A stretch of 64,000 bases of DNA from an uncultured Gammaproteobacteria bacterium (GTDB taxonomy: Bacteria > Patescibacteriota > Microgenomatia > Daviesbacterales > UBA10151). The notes under the pieces are model-generated. The model worked only from the letters and a program-made list of their open reading frames with translations, made no database searches and had not been told where the DNA came from. Location of the stretch: NCBI GenBank assembly GCA_964362195.1, contig CAYICZ010000002.1, positions 63-64,062 on the forward strand. The letters are read 5' to 3'. A program made the translations under genes and the position numbers. This document shows positions 50,752 through 60,519 of the stretch, piece after piece. Every line of letters starts with the position of its first letter. Within the stretch, counting starts at the first letter, position 1.

Positions 50752-52612
50752 AAAAGAAGCGGGACAAATTTTAATAATAGTATTTGTGGCTTTGGGAGTG
50801 GTTTTATTTACTGTTTTATCAGTAGTTGCAGGAGCACAAATCTATTTTTCAAATGCCTCTTATACGGTAAATGCAGAAAAAGCAACTGCCTTGGCCGAAG
50901 CAGGAGTTGATAAGGCTATAAACTCTCTAAATAAAAATCCATCCGGTTATACAGGAGAAGGTCTGGGAACAGAGGGGGTGGCAATAGGTAATGCCGGGGA
51001 CGGTGAATATTCTGTCAAAATTACCTCAAAAGATGTATCCACAAAACTTATTGAAGCAACCGGGTTTATTCCCAACAAGACATCAGCCAAAGTTAAAAGA
51101 ACTGTTAAAATAAGTTTATCAAGGGGTGTTGGTGTTGCATTTAACTATGGAATACAGGTAGGAGACGGAGGTATGGAGCTGGGAAATGGTAATTTAATAA
51201 AAGGTTCAGTATATTCTAATGGAAGTATTATTGCCGGTAATAGCAACATTATAACCGGTTCAGCTTTTGTTGCAGGAGGCGCACAGGCAACTGCTGATCA
51301 GCAAACAGAGTGTGAAGGTTCAAACTGTACAGATTATATCTTCGGAAAGATTGTTAATGGTGAGAGTAGGCTGAATATTGCTCAAAGTTTTCAGCCTACC
51401 ATAAACGAAGTATTAAACAGGGTTTCGCTAAGAATTAAAAAGATCGGTGGTCCTACTAATCCTGTGACAGTTAGGATTTTAAGCGATTCTTCCGGTAAAC
51501 CAAATAAAAATGGAGTTTTAACATCAGGAGATTTAGATATCAATTTGGTAACAGATGAATATGGGTGGATAGATGTGGCTTTTTCTTCTTTACCTGTCTT
51601 AACCGCAAACACTACTTATTGGTTAATGATTTCTACAACAGCAGAGTCAAATGTCAGTAAATACTGGGTTTGGCAAAATGTTACATTTCCCAGCTATATT
51701 TGTGGGAATCCGGATCAATGTGTACCAAAATGGTCTGCAGACTGGAAAATAGGAAATCCTACCTGGACTGCAATTCCCGGAGATTTGTCCTTTAAAACAT
51801 ATATGGGCGGAGCCCCAACAGTTTTAAGAGGAGGTAATAATGATAAATCAAGTGTTAATGGTTCGGTCTATGCAAATACTATTGAAAACCTGATCATAGG
51901 AGGTGATGCTTATTATCAGACAATTACCAACAGTACTGTGGGCGGAGTATCTCATCCAAATGAGGCAGATCAACCCCCCAAAGTATTCCCTATTTCTGAT
52001 GCAAATGTGGCTGATTGGAAGAAACAAGCCGGTGATTGTGATTCATCACTAAATAATTGTCAAAATGTATTATCAGGTAATATTACCGATTGTGTAACTA
52101 CTTTAGGCTCAAGTAATCCTGCTAAACCTGGTGTAAAAATAGATGGCAGTATTAATTTTAATAGTGGCTGTAGGGTAGTAGTTAAAAGTCCTATTTGGAT
52201 TACAGGTGATCTTACCCTAAACAGTAATAATATTTTGACTCTTGATTCATCATATAACGAAACATCAGGAGTAATTATTGTAGAAGGAAAAGTTTCACTA
52301 AATACTAATAATCATTTTAATGGCACTGGTCAGGGAAGCAGTTTACTGATGGTTTTGACAGAGTATGATTCCAGGACTAATGGGGAAGATGCAATAGCTG
52401 TTAACAGTAATGGAAATTCCGGAGTATATTATGCCTCAACAGGGATTATTAACCCGGGTACTGGAAATTCTTTTAAGGAGCTGACTGCCTGGAAAATAAA
52501 ACTTATCAATCAATCTACAATTGATTATGAAACAGGTTTGTCAAGTACTCTTTTCCAATCAGGGCCTTCAGGTGCATATTCTTTGATAAAAGGAACATAC
52601 CAGGTAAAGTGA
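50744..52612 (+). CDS. Large PilX-like pilin/adhesin with a beta-rich C-terminus
   Basis: G|QILIIV; ALAEAGV motif; Gly/Asn-rich beta repeats. Confidence 0.78.
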   Translation: MIRKEAGQILIIVFVALGVVLFTVLSVVAGAQIYFSNASYTVNAEKATALAEAGVDKAINSLNKNPSGYTGEGLGTEGVAIGNAGDGEYSVKITSKDVSTKLIEATGFIPNKTSAKVKRTVKISLSRGVGVAFNYGIQVGDGGMELGNGNLIKGSVYSNGSIIAGNSNIITGSAFVAGGAQATADQQTECEGSNCTDYIFGKIVNGESRLNIAQSFQPTINEVLNRVSLRIKKIGGPTNPVTVRILSDSSGKPNKNGVLTSGDLDINLVTDEYGWIDVAFSSLPVLTANTTYWLMISTTAESNVSKYWVWQNVTFPSYICGNPDQCVPKWSADWKIGNPTWTAIPGDLSFKTYMGGAPTVLRGGNNDKSSVNGSVYANTIENLIIGGDAYYQTITNSTVGGVSHPNEADQPPKVFPISDANVADWKKQAGDCDSSLNNCQNVLSGNITDCVTTLGSSNPAKPGVKIDGSINFNSGCRVVVKSPIWITGDLTLNSNNILTLDSSYNETSGVIIVEGKVSLNTNNHFNGTGQGSSLLMVLTEYDSRTNGEDAIAVNSNGNSGVYYASTGIINPGTGNSFKELTAWKIKLINQSTIDYETGLSSTLFQSGPSGAYSLIKGTYQVK

Positions 52613-52625
52613 TATACTAAAGTTA

Positions 52626-53663
52626 ATGCCCAAAATATCCGTTGGTTTAGATATTGGTTTTTCTTCAATAAAGGTTGTATCTTTAGCAAAAGATAATGAC
52701 CAGTTTAGATTGGTTTCGCTGGGATCAATTAATTGTCCGCAACCGGGTATGCTCTCTGATTCTGAAGCAGGACTGCAAGCTGTGGCAGATGCTATTAAAA
52801 AGCTGCTGTCTGCCACAAATATTGAGGAAAAAGAGGTTATTGTGGCCTTGCCGGAATCAAAGGTTTTTACCAGGGTTATAGATGACCTGCCATACCTGAC
52901 AGACAATGAGCTATCTCAGGCTATCCGCTATGCAGCTGAGGAGTTTATTCCAATGCCTATTGCCGATGTTAACTTAAACTGGCAGGTTTTATTTAGGGCT
53001 GATGGTAAAAACAAAAATACCAGGACTATTGTTTTAGTTGTGGCTTCTCCTAAAAATATTGTGGCAAAATATATTAAAGTTTTAAATTTAGTAGGACTGC
53101 ATCCTAAGGTGTTGGAAACAGAAACAATTGCTGTTACAAGGTCCCTGGTTGGCAATAATCCTTTTTCTCCTTCTACCTTGATTGTACAACTGGGAGCTAC
53201 AACCACTGACTTTGCAGCAGTATCTAAGGGCTTAATATGGCTTACCAGGTCTATTTCCACAGGAGGTACAGCCCTAACCCGTTCTCTTGCCCAGCATTTT
53301 AATTTTGAGTTGGCTCAAGCTGAGGAGTATAAAAAAGTTTATGGACTTATGGAAGATCAATTGGAGGGAAAAGTATATGAAGCCCTAAAGCCGGTGGTAG
53401 ATATCATTTCAGGGGAAGGTAAAAGAGTGGTTCAGTCTTTTGAAACCAAATATCCGCAGGATCCTATTAAAAGAGTAGTTTTATCCGGAGGAGGAGCAAA
53501 AATGCCGGGATTTGTTGTTTATTTGGCAAATACATTTGGATTAGAAGTTCAGGAGGCTGATCCCTGGTATGCTATTGCCAAAGATAAGGCATCTGTTTCC
53601 AAGCTTGCCCAAAATGCTCCTTCTTACTCTGTTGCTGCTGGACTTGCTTTAAGGGAGGATTAA
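52626..53663 (+). CDS. pilM: Type IV pilus assembly protein PilM
   Basis: GLDIG..SIK, LSGGGA and GLALR (actin-like fold). Confidence 0.93.
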   Translation: MPKISVGLDIGFSSIKVVSLAKDNDQFRLVSLGSINCPQPGMLSDSEAGLQAVADAIKKLLSATNIEEKEVIVALPESKVFTRVIDDLPYLTDNELSQAIRYAAEEFIPMPIADVNLNWQVLFRADGKNKNTRTIVLVVASPKNIVAKYIKVLNLVGLHPKVLETETIAVTRSLVGNNPFSPSTLIVQLGATTTDFAAVSKGLIWLTRSISTGGTALTRSLAQHFNFELAQAEEYKKVYGLMEDQLEGKVYEALKPVVDIISGEGKRVVQSFETKYPQDPIKRVVLSGGGAKMPGFVVYLANTFGLEVQEADPWYAIAKDKASVSKLAQNAPSYSVAAGLALRED

Positions 53664-53664
53664 T

Positions 53665-54207
53665 ATGAAGATTGCAATTAATTTACTGCCAATTGAATTT
53701 ACTCAAGCAGAGGTTAAAAGAGCCAAGTTTATAAAAATACAGACAATTGGGGTTTTAGTTATTCTAGTGATGGTATTTCTCTCGTCTTTGTCTGTTGCCC
53801 TGAGAATTTTGCAGAGCCAGAGTATTAAAAGCGTACAAATTCAAGTTTCTGCGACTGAACAAAAGATTTCAGATTTAAAAGACAAGCAGGTTTCACTTTT
53901 ACTTATCAAAAACAGGCTGGCAGTTATTAATCAATATTTAGGCAATTCCTCAAAACAGGTAGCAATGCTTATTCTTTTGGATAAATTGCTACCTTCTTCT
54001 ATTTCTATAAACTCAACAGTAGTTGATATAAATGGTGAGATTTCAATTCTGGCATTAATCCCGGATTCTCAAGCGTTGGATAATATGATTAACAATTTAA
54101 CAGATAACACCCAAAATGAAGGTAAAATTAGCCAGGTTTCGCTAGATAGTCTAAGCCGCGGGAAAGATGGAGTTTATAGAGTAAGTTTGAAAATTAAACC
54201 AAGCTAA
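53665..54207 (+). CDS. pilN: PilN-like protein
   Basis: INLLP motif, TM and coiled coil. Confidence 0.82.
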   Translation: MKIAINLLPIEFTQAEVKRAKFIKIQTIGVLVILVMVFLSSLSVALRILQSQSIKSVQIQVSATEQKISDLKDKQVSLLLIKNRLAVINQYLGNSSKQVAMLILLDKLLPSSISINSTVVDINGEISILALIPDSQALDNMINNLTDNTQNEGKISQVSLDSLSRGKDGVYRVSLKIKPS

Positions 54208-54210
54208 CTT

Positions 54211-54909
54211 ATGAAAAAAGAAACAGTAATAAAATTCTATTTAACTTATAGATTATATTTATTCCCTGTAGCTATAGCCATATCAAGTTTAATCTTAATT
54301 TTTCTAATAATTATTCCACAGCTTGGAAAGCTGATTTCCAACCAAAAAGCCGAAAAGGCATTAGTAAATAATCTCAAGTTCCTGGAAGTTAAAGCTCAAA
54401 CGCTGGATAGCTATGATAGTAATGATTTATCCAACAAAGTAAGTTACGTCTTGGCTTCTTTCCCTCAGGATAAGGACTTTGGTAATGTAATAGGTTTAAT
54501 CCAAAATCTTACAATCCAATCAGGCTTCAGTCTTACCACTATGACCATAAGCACTGCAACAAATAAGACAGCCAATGCACAAAGCTATAGTATAGAGCTG
54601 GAGGTAGTTGGACCCAAAAACTTAATCAGTATTCTTCTTTCCAATATAGAGAGATCAACCAGATTGATGAGAGTCGGGAGTATTGAAATTAGAAACACAA
54701 TCAGTCAACAGACAGTTAATATTTCTTTGAGTCTGGATGTATTGTTTGCGCCAACACCTGCTAGTTTTGGGAGTATTGACTCAACCTTACCGGATTTATC
54801 TCAAAAAGATCAGGAATTACTTACTACTCTGGCAAAGAATTTTACACCGGTATTCACATCCGAAAATGTTTCTCTGCCTTCTCGTGGTAAGGCTAATCCG
54901 TTTGAATGA
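54211..54909 (+). CDS. pilO: PilO-like protein
   Basis: TM, coiled coil, IE...RLM; C-terminal NPF; follows pilN. Confidence 0.72.
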   Translation: MKKETVIKFYLTYRLYLFPVAIAISSLILIFLIIIPQLGKLISNQKAEKALVNNLKFLEVKAQTLDSYDSNDLSNKVSYVLASFPQDKDFGNVIGLIQNLTIQSGFSLTTMTISTATNKTANAQSYSIELEVVGPKNLISILLSNIERSTRLMRVGSIEIRNTISQQTVNISLSLDVLFAPTPASFGSIDSTLPDLSQKDQELLTTLAKNFTPVFTSENVSLPSRGKANPFE

Positions 54910-55555
54910 TTTCCGGCCTGACTTTTTTAGTTTTTTTAATTGACTCCTCTTTTCGCCATTTATCGATTTCTCCGTGGTTACCGGAAAGTAAAATTTTGGG
55001 AACTTTTAAGCCCTTCCAAACTTCTGGTCTGGTGTATTGAGGATATTCCAAAAGTCCATCTGAAAAAGATTCATTCTCAATTGCTTCTGGTTTTTTTAAG
55101 ACTTTGGGGAGAAGTCTGACAATAGAATCAGAAATTATCATAGCCGGGATTTCTCCCCCTGTTAAAACATAATCTCCGATTGAAATTTCCTCGTCCACGC
55201 ACTTTTCTATAAATCTTTGGTCAACCCCTTCATAATGGCCGCAGACTATAACCAGATGGTTAAATTTAGATAACCTCTTTGCATCTTGTTGTTTATATGG
55301 TTTTCCTGATGCTGAGGTTAAAATTACATGACCTTTTTTTGGTAATGCTTTAGATAAAATATCAGCGCGAAAAAGCATGCCTGCTCCACCACCATAAGGC
55401 TTGGCATCAACAACTTGATGTTTGCCTTCTCCAAAATCCCTTAAATTAATAAATTCAAATTCAACTTTTCCTTTTTTTTGTGCTCTTTTTAAAATTGAGG
55501 AATTCAGAACTTTGTCAAAAACTTCCGGAAAAAGTGTAATGATGGAAATTTTCAC
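54893..55555 (-). CDS. trmD: tRNA (guanine-N1)-methyltransferase
   Basis: PYGGGAGM, CGHYEGVD and SIGDYVLTGGE motifs. Confidence 0.96.
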   Translation of the reverse strand: MKISIITLFPEVFDKVLNSSILKRAQKKGKVEFEFINLRDFGEGKHQVVDAKPYGGGAGMLFRADILSKALPKKGHVILTSASGKPYKQQDAKRLSKFNHLVIVCGHYEGVDQRFIEKCVDEEISIGDYVLTGGEIPAMIISDSIVRLLPKVLKKPEAIENESFSDGLLEYPQYTRPEVWKGLKVPKILLSGNHGEIDKWRKEESIKKTKKVRPEIIQTD

Positions 55556-55812
55556 TCTTTTGGTTTATCAGTACTTCCTTGTGGATCATTTAGCTGCAAA
55601 TTTACTCTGACTCCTTCTGCAAGAGCCCTGACTGTAAGTAATTTTCTTATTGACCTTATGGTTTGTCCGCCTTTACCAATAATTAAACCCATATCTTCCG
55701 GGTCAACAGTTAAGATGTAGGTAATATCAGTTCCGTTTACCTGCTCGTCTATTAAGACTTTTTCCGGTTTGGTAACTAAACTGGTAACAATATAATTAAG
55801 AAGGTCTTTCAT
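55552..55812 (-). CDS. khpA: KH-domain RNA-binding protein
   Basis: DMGLIIGKGGQTIRSIR; sits between rpsP and trmD. Confidence 0.9.
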   Translation of the reverse strand: MKDLLNYIVTSLVTKPEKVLIDEQVNGTDITYILTVDPEDMGLIIGKGGQTIRSIRKLLTVRALAEGVRVNLQLNDPQGSTDKPKE

Positions 55813-56167
55813 CTTTTAATTCCTCTTCTTTTGGAGCTTCCTCTGCTGGCTTTTCTTCTGCCAGTTGTTCAACAGCTGGGGTTTCAGCAGGTTTTTCTTC
55901 TTTCTTCTCCTTCTTCGGCTTGCGTGGTGGTCTTTGTGGAGCTTTGCCAATAATTCTTAAAAACCCATCACTCATTTGGGCTCCCTGTTTTACCCAGTGA
56001 TCAATTCTATCTTGTTTTAATTTAATATCTTTTGGTTCAGTTAACGGATTATAAGTTCCCAAGAGTTCAATATATCCACCTGTTCTTTTGGCTCGCTCAT
56101 CCACAGCCACCACCCTATAAAAAGGCCTCTGTCTTCCACCAATTCTCATTAATCTAATTTTTAACAT
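55796..56167 (-). CDS. rpsP: 30S ribosomal protein S16
   Basis: MLKIRL...PFYRVV...LGTYNP. Confidence 0.96.
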   Translation of the reverse strand: MLKIRLMRIGGRQRPFYRVVAVDERAKRTGGYIELLGTYNPLTEPKDIKLKQDRIDHWVKQGAQMSDGFLRIIGKAPQRPPRKPKKEKKEEKPAETPAVEQLAEEKPAEEAPKEEELKDERPS

Positions 56168-56226
56168 GGGGTTAAGTATAGCTGAAAGCTAGTTAAGCGT
56201 CAACGACTGTCTTAGGAATTATTTTG

Positions 56227-56562
56227 CTATTTTTTAACCACTCTCATGCCTAGTTTTTTGGCAAGATCTTTATAAAAACCTTGCAGGTCTTTTAAGTTTA
56301 GAGGAACTAACATTTTTGGCATGTAATTAAATTTTTCAACTTTTAAAAAATCAGATGCTAACCATACAAAATCCAATTCCATCCTAAATTTTTCTTTTAC
56401 TCCGCATAATAAATCCCAGAAAGTAAATTCTTTTAATAAAAAATAAAGATCAACAAAATCCTTAATTCTAAGCTTTACGTTTTTGGAGAATTCATCAAAA
56501 ATTATGCGTTGAATAGGAGTAAAAGTTAATTCAGAGATATCTTTCTTGTTTATTTTCCCCAT
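56227..56562 (-). pseudogene. AbiEii-like nucleotidyltransferase toxin with an apparent internal in-frame deletion
   Basis: N-terminal TPIQ helix joined directly to R.KDFVDLY; the GGTAL/HRxSxDLD core is absent. Confidence 0.55.
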
Positions 56563-56759
56563 ATTAAAAACTTAAACAATCTTTTTCTGTCCGGATCAAG
56601 TTGAAGTTTTTTCCAATTTTTCTTCACCTCTGAAAGCTTAATCTTATCCTTGTCGGATAGAAACATACCGTAGTTAATTTGTCTTTCTAAAATTAGAAGT
56701 TTCCCTGACTCAGTCTTTCTTAACTTATTGATATCGTAATCCCAAATGTGATAACCCAT
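56550..56759 (-). CDS. Small putative antitoxin partner of AbiEii-type toxins
   Basis: IWDYD...ILERQINYG motif; overlaps the downstream toxin-like gene. Confidence 0.6.
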   Translation of the reverse strand: MGYHIWDYDINKLRKTESGKLLILERQINYGMFLSDKDKIKLSEVKKNWKKLQLDPDRKRLFKFLIWGK

Positions 56760-56779
56760 ATATATTATTTTAACACAAA

Positions 56780-57469
56780 TTACTTTGCTAATTTTTCTAA
56801 TGCTTCTTTTGCTGCTTTTTCTTCCGCTACTTGTTTGGAGGCTCCGGATCCGATGCCATATTCTTTTCCGCTTACATAAACCGCTACCTGAAACTTCTTG
56901 GCATGATCAGGTCCGGTGGTTGCGACTATTTTATAATGCGGGGACTGCTTAAAACGATCCTGCACAATTTCCTGCAAAGACGACTTGGCATCTTTTGGCG
57001 GGCCTAATTTTAATTCTTTTTCAAAAAGGGAAAAAAGAGTTTTTTCTATAATATTTCTGACTGCTTCCAGGCCCTGGTCTAAAAATATTGCTCCCAAAAG
57101 CGCTTCATAAGTATTAGCCAGAAGCTGGGGGTTTTCCCTGCCTCCTCCCATTTCTTCACCTTTTGATAATTTTAAGTATTTCCCTAAATTAAGTTTTTTG
57201 GAAGCCTCTGAAAGTGATTTGGTTTTAACAATATAGGCTCTTAAATTGGTCAGATCCCCTTCAGCATCTCCTTTTCTTAAGTTAAAAAGTGTTTCAGAAG
57301 TGATTAAAGACAAGACAGAATCACCTAAAAATTCCAGTCTTTCATTTGAAACTAATTCTCCTTTGAACTCATTAAGATAAGAGCGGTGATAAAAAGCCTG
57401 CTCTAATAATTCAGGTCTATTAAATTTAATCCCCAGAGATTTTTGAAGTTCACTTAATCCGCTTTGCAT
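56780..57469 (-). CDS. rnc: Ribonuclease III
   Basis: NERLEFLGDS plus a dsRBD (GPDHAK). Confidence 0.96.
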   Translation of the reverse strand: MQSGLSELQKSLGIKFNRPELLEQAFYHRSYLNEFKGELVSNERLEFLGDSVLSLITSETLFNLRKGDAEGDLTNLRAYIVKTKSLSEASKKLNLGKYLKLSKGEEMGGGRENPQLLANTYEALLGAIFLDQGLEAVRNIIEKTLFSLFEKELKLGPPKDAKSSLQEIVQDRFKQSPHYKIVATTGPDHAKKFQVAVYVSGKEYGIGSGASKQVAEEKAAKEALEKLAK

Positions 57470-57471
57470 TT

Positions 57472-57708
57472 TTAGTCCAGTAAATTATCTTCGACCAAGC
57501 TCACCAGGTCATCGATTTTTTTTAAACTCTCAACATCTTCACTCTCAAACGACACCTGAAACTTTTGAGATAAGTGCGAGAGTAAATCATTAAGTTCTAT
57601 CGGACCCAAGCCTAACTCATCTTTTAAATCAGCATGTCTATCCAAGTCTTCCGGATTTAGATTTAAATGTTCTGCTATAGCTTGAACAATGTCATTTGTT
57701 GTTGGCAT
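57472..57708 (-). CDS. Acyl carrier protein-like protein lacking the phosphopantetheine Ser
   Basis: Acidic 78-aa ACP pattern; LGLGPIE replaces LGxDSL. Confidence 0.75.
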   Translation of the reverse strand: MPTTNDIVQAIAEHLNLNPEDLDRHADLKDELGLGPIELNDLLSHLSQKFQVSFESEDVESLKKIDDLVSLVEDNLLD

Positions 57709-58066
57709 TTGTTTTAATTCCTTTCAACTGGACAACTTTACCTAAAACTCCGTTGATAAAACCTGACGAAGAATCAGCTCCAAACTCTTTACCAAGTTCC
57801 ACTGCCTCATCAATTACAACTTTAGGCGGCTCTTTATTTATTATTAACTCAAAAATTGCTAAACGCAAGATAGCTAAATCAATTTTATTAATTTGAGAGG
57901 TGGGTCTATCCGGTGCAGACTGCCTGATTAGCTCATCAATTTCATCCAGACGGTTTACAACTTCTGAAATTTTTACAGGAGCTTTGCCTTTTTGAAACTG
58001 CCAGGTAAAAAGGAATCTCATTAAATCTATACGCTTTATGTGTCTTGGGTCAGATTTTAGCTTCAT
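57692..58066 (-). CDS. nusB: Transcription antitermination factor NusB
   Basis: IDLAILRLAIFE, VVIDEAVEL.K.F and FINGVL motifs. Confidence 0.93.
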   Translation of the reverse strand: MKLKSDPRHIKRIDLMRFLFTWQFQKGKAPVKISEVVNRLDEIDELIRQSAPDRPTSQINKIDLAILRLAIFELIINKEPPKVVIDEAVELGKEFGADSSSGFINGVLGKVVQLKGIKTNANNK

Positions 58067-58071
58067 GGAGT

Positions 58072-58242
58072 TTAAGCTTTAGTGACCTTTGTGCCGAAGA
58101 AACCACACTCTTTACAGACAGTGTGGGACTGGGTTAGCCTGCCGCAGTTTTTACAAGTAACTGAATTTACAGCCAAATTAATGGATGCTCTTCTGGTTCG
58201 CTTGCGTGTTTTACTATGTCTTCTTTTTGGTTCAGCTGCCAT
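58072..58242 (-). CDS. rpmF: 50S ribosomal protein L32 (not in the ORF track)
   Basis: MAAEPKRRHSKTRKRTRRAS...CKNCG...HTVCKECG, 56 aa. Confidence 0.93.
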   Translation of the reverse strand: MAAEPKRRHSKTRKRTRRASINLAVNSVTCKNCGRLTQSHTVCKECGFFGTKVTKA

Positions 58243-58251
58243 TTTTTATCC

Positions 58252-60282
58252 TTAATCCGGCATCACATTTGGTGCCAGACTTTGTAATTTTCCCGCAACT
58301 GTTGGGTATTTGTCAAGGGTAGGATTATCTTGTAGTAATTTTTTGGCAGCATTTCTGGTTTTTTCAACCAGATCCAGATCTGAAAAAGAGGCTATTTTAA
58401 ATTCAAATCTGCCTGATTGTCTGATCCCGAAGATTTCTCCACTGCCTCTGATTTTTAAATCAAGCTCAGCTAATTTTAATCCGTCATCAATTTTTTCCAG
58501 GTTTTTAAGTCTGGAGATATTATCTTTATTTGGAATCTCGCTAAAAAGCAGACAATATGATTGCTTTTTTCCTCTGCCTATTCTTCCTCTTAACTGATGA
58601 AGTTGTGCCAGTCCAAATCGCTCAGCTGACTCAATAACCATGATAGTGGCATTTGGAATATCTACTCCTACTTCAACTACAGATGTTGAAACCAGAATAT
58701 CTAACTTCCCCTTCTTGAATTTATTCATGATTGCTTCCTTCTCAGCGGATTTTAATCTGCCGTGCATTAATCCTAATTTTAACTTGGGAAAAATTTGCTT
58801 TTGCAGTCTTTCATACTCGATAGTTGCTGCTTTGGCAGATTGCATTGTTTCAGACTCCTCAATCAAAGGGGTAATTATGTAAGCCTGATCTCCTGCTTTA
58901 ACTTGTTTTTCTATAAATCCATAAGCAGCAGCTCTTTTCTTTTGCGGAACAACATGAGTTTTAATTTTCTGCCTGCCTTCTGGCAGCTCATTAATGATTG
59001 ATAAATCCAAATCACTATACAAAGTTAGAGCCACAGTTCTGGGGATGGGAGTTGCAGTCATAGTTAAAAAGTGCGGCAGTTTTCCTCTTCCGCGAAGGAG
59101 GGTTCTTTGTGCTACTCCAAATCTTTGTTGCTCGTCTATGATAATCAGTCCCACGTTATCCGTATTTAGCTTTTCCGAAAGCAAGGCATGAGTGCCGATG
59201 GTGACATCATCATTGGCAACTTTTTTCCTGCTGCCGGTATAAATTCCCACCTTGATTCCAAAAGGTGTCAGGAGTTTAGAGATAGTCTCATAGTGTTGGA
59301 AAGCCAGAATTTCTGTAGGAGCCATCAGCAGAGTCCGGAAGTTGTTTTTGTAAACCAGATATGCAGCTGCAGTGGCCACCACTGTTTTTCCTGAACCCAC
59401 TTCTCCCTGGACTAATCTGTTCATTGGATGTTTTCCTTCCAGATCGGAAATTATTTCTTTTAAAACCCTATTTTGGGCATTGGTTAATTCAAATGGCAAC
59501 TTACTAATAAATTTATCCAGATCCTGATTGTTAAATCGCAAAAGATGCAAAAGTGGCTTTTTCTCCCACTCCAGCCTGGTTTTTTGAGTGGCAAGCGAGA
59601 CATAAAAAAGTTCCTCAAACCCGAGGCGCGCTCTTGCTAAATCAGCCTCTTTCCAGCTAGATGGAAAGTGTATTTTTTCTAATGCCTCCGGCAGTTTTAA
59701 CATATTTTCCCTTATTGAATCCGGAAGAGTATCCTTAATTTCTGCTAAAACCTGCGGCATGATTTGTGAAACCTTTATTCGAATCCACTTAGAAGTTAAT
59801 CCTTCTGTTTCAGGATAAACCGGAACCAAACGGCCGGTGTGTATAGGGTTTGGGGTATAGGGTTTGGGGTATAGTTGATCAGTAATTTTTTCCCAGCGGG
59901 GCATAATAATAGAAAGTTTATTTCTGTATTTTGTTAATTTCCCTGAAACCTGTAGCCTGTCACCTGTTTTAATTTGTTTTGTCAGCCAGGATTGGTGAAA
60001 CCAAGTTAACTCAATAGGTGATGTACCGTCGTTAAAAATAGCCTGAGTTATAACTTTTCTGGCTCTGGTAAAAATATTTTTAATTGACCAAATCTCACCC
60101 TGCAAGGTAACGACCTGGCCAATTTGAGCATCTTTTATGGTTGTGCTCTGAGAAAAATCATCATATCTAAATGGAAAATGATAAATTAAATCCTCCACAG
60201 TATTTAAATTAAGTCTTGAGAGTTTATATAAAAGCCCGGGTCCAATTCCGGTTAAATTAGATAGCGGAGTTTGTAAATCCAT
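58252..60282 (-). CDS. recG: ATP-dependent DNA helicase RecG
   Basis: OB wedge, QGEVGSGKT, DEQQRFG, TATPIPRT and QLRGRIGR motifs. Confidence 0.95.
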   Translation of the reverse strand: MDLQTPLSNLTGIGPGLLYKLSRLNLNTVEDLIYHFPFRYDDFSQSTTIKDAQIGQVVTLQGEIWSIKNIFTRARKVITQAIFNDGTSPIELTWFHQSWLTKQIKTGDRLQVSGKLTKYRNKLSIIMPRWEKITDQLYPKPYTPNPIHTGRLVPVYPETEGLTSKWIRIKVSQIMPQVLAEIKDTLPDSIRENMLKLPEALEKIHFPSSWKEADLARARLGFEELFYVSLATQKTRLEWEKKPLLHLLRFNNQDLDKFISKLPFELTNAQNRVLKEIISDLEGKHPMNRLVQGEVGSGKTVVATAAAYLVYKNNFRTLLMAPTEILAFQHYETISKLLTPFGIKVGIYTGSRKKVANDDVTIGTHALLSEKLNTDNVGLIIIDEQQRFGVAQRTLLRGRGKLPHFLTMTATPIPRTVALTLYSDLDLSIINELPEGRQKIKTHVVPQKKRAAAYGFIEKQVKAGDQAYIITPLIEESETMQSAKAATIEYERLQKQIFPKLKLGLMHGRLKSAEKEAIMNKFKKGKLDILVSTSVVEVGVDIPNATIMVIESAERFGLAQLHQLRGRIGRGKKQSYCLLFSEIPNKDNISRLKNLEKIDDGLKLAELDLKIRGSGEIFGIRQSGRFEFKIASFSDLDLVEKTRNAAKKLLQDNPTLDKYPTVAGKLQSLAPNVMPD
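59841..59874. repeat. Heptamer-pair repeat inside recG
   Basis: gtatagg gtttggg gtatagg gtttggg gtatag; encodes LYPKPYTPNPI. Confidence 0.7.
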
Positions 60283-60306
60283 GACAGGATTTTACCTCAA
60301 TGGATA

Positions 60307-60411
60307 TTAAAATGCACTTAAAAGCGGAAGTAAAGAAAACAAAATTATGGATATCCCGGCAATTCCTGCCAGTATTATCCAGACTATCTTAAACTTCTTT
60401 GAATACATCAT
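60307..60411 (-). CDS. Small single-TM protein (34 aa, not in the ORF track)
   Basis: MMYSKKFKIVWIILAGIAGISIILFSLLPLLSAF; -10-like box just upstream. Confidence 0.55.
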   Translation of the reverse strand: MMYSKKFKIVWIILAGIAGISIILFSLLPLLSAF

Positions 60412-60519
60412 ATTTTATTAATATAACATATCTTGGTATAATCTCACTATGACAAACGAAATTAAAAAAGTTAGCGGAGTTGCAGTAGAGCTTGCTTTTG
60501 AAGAAGTAGCTCAAATTGC

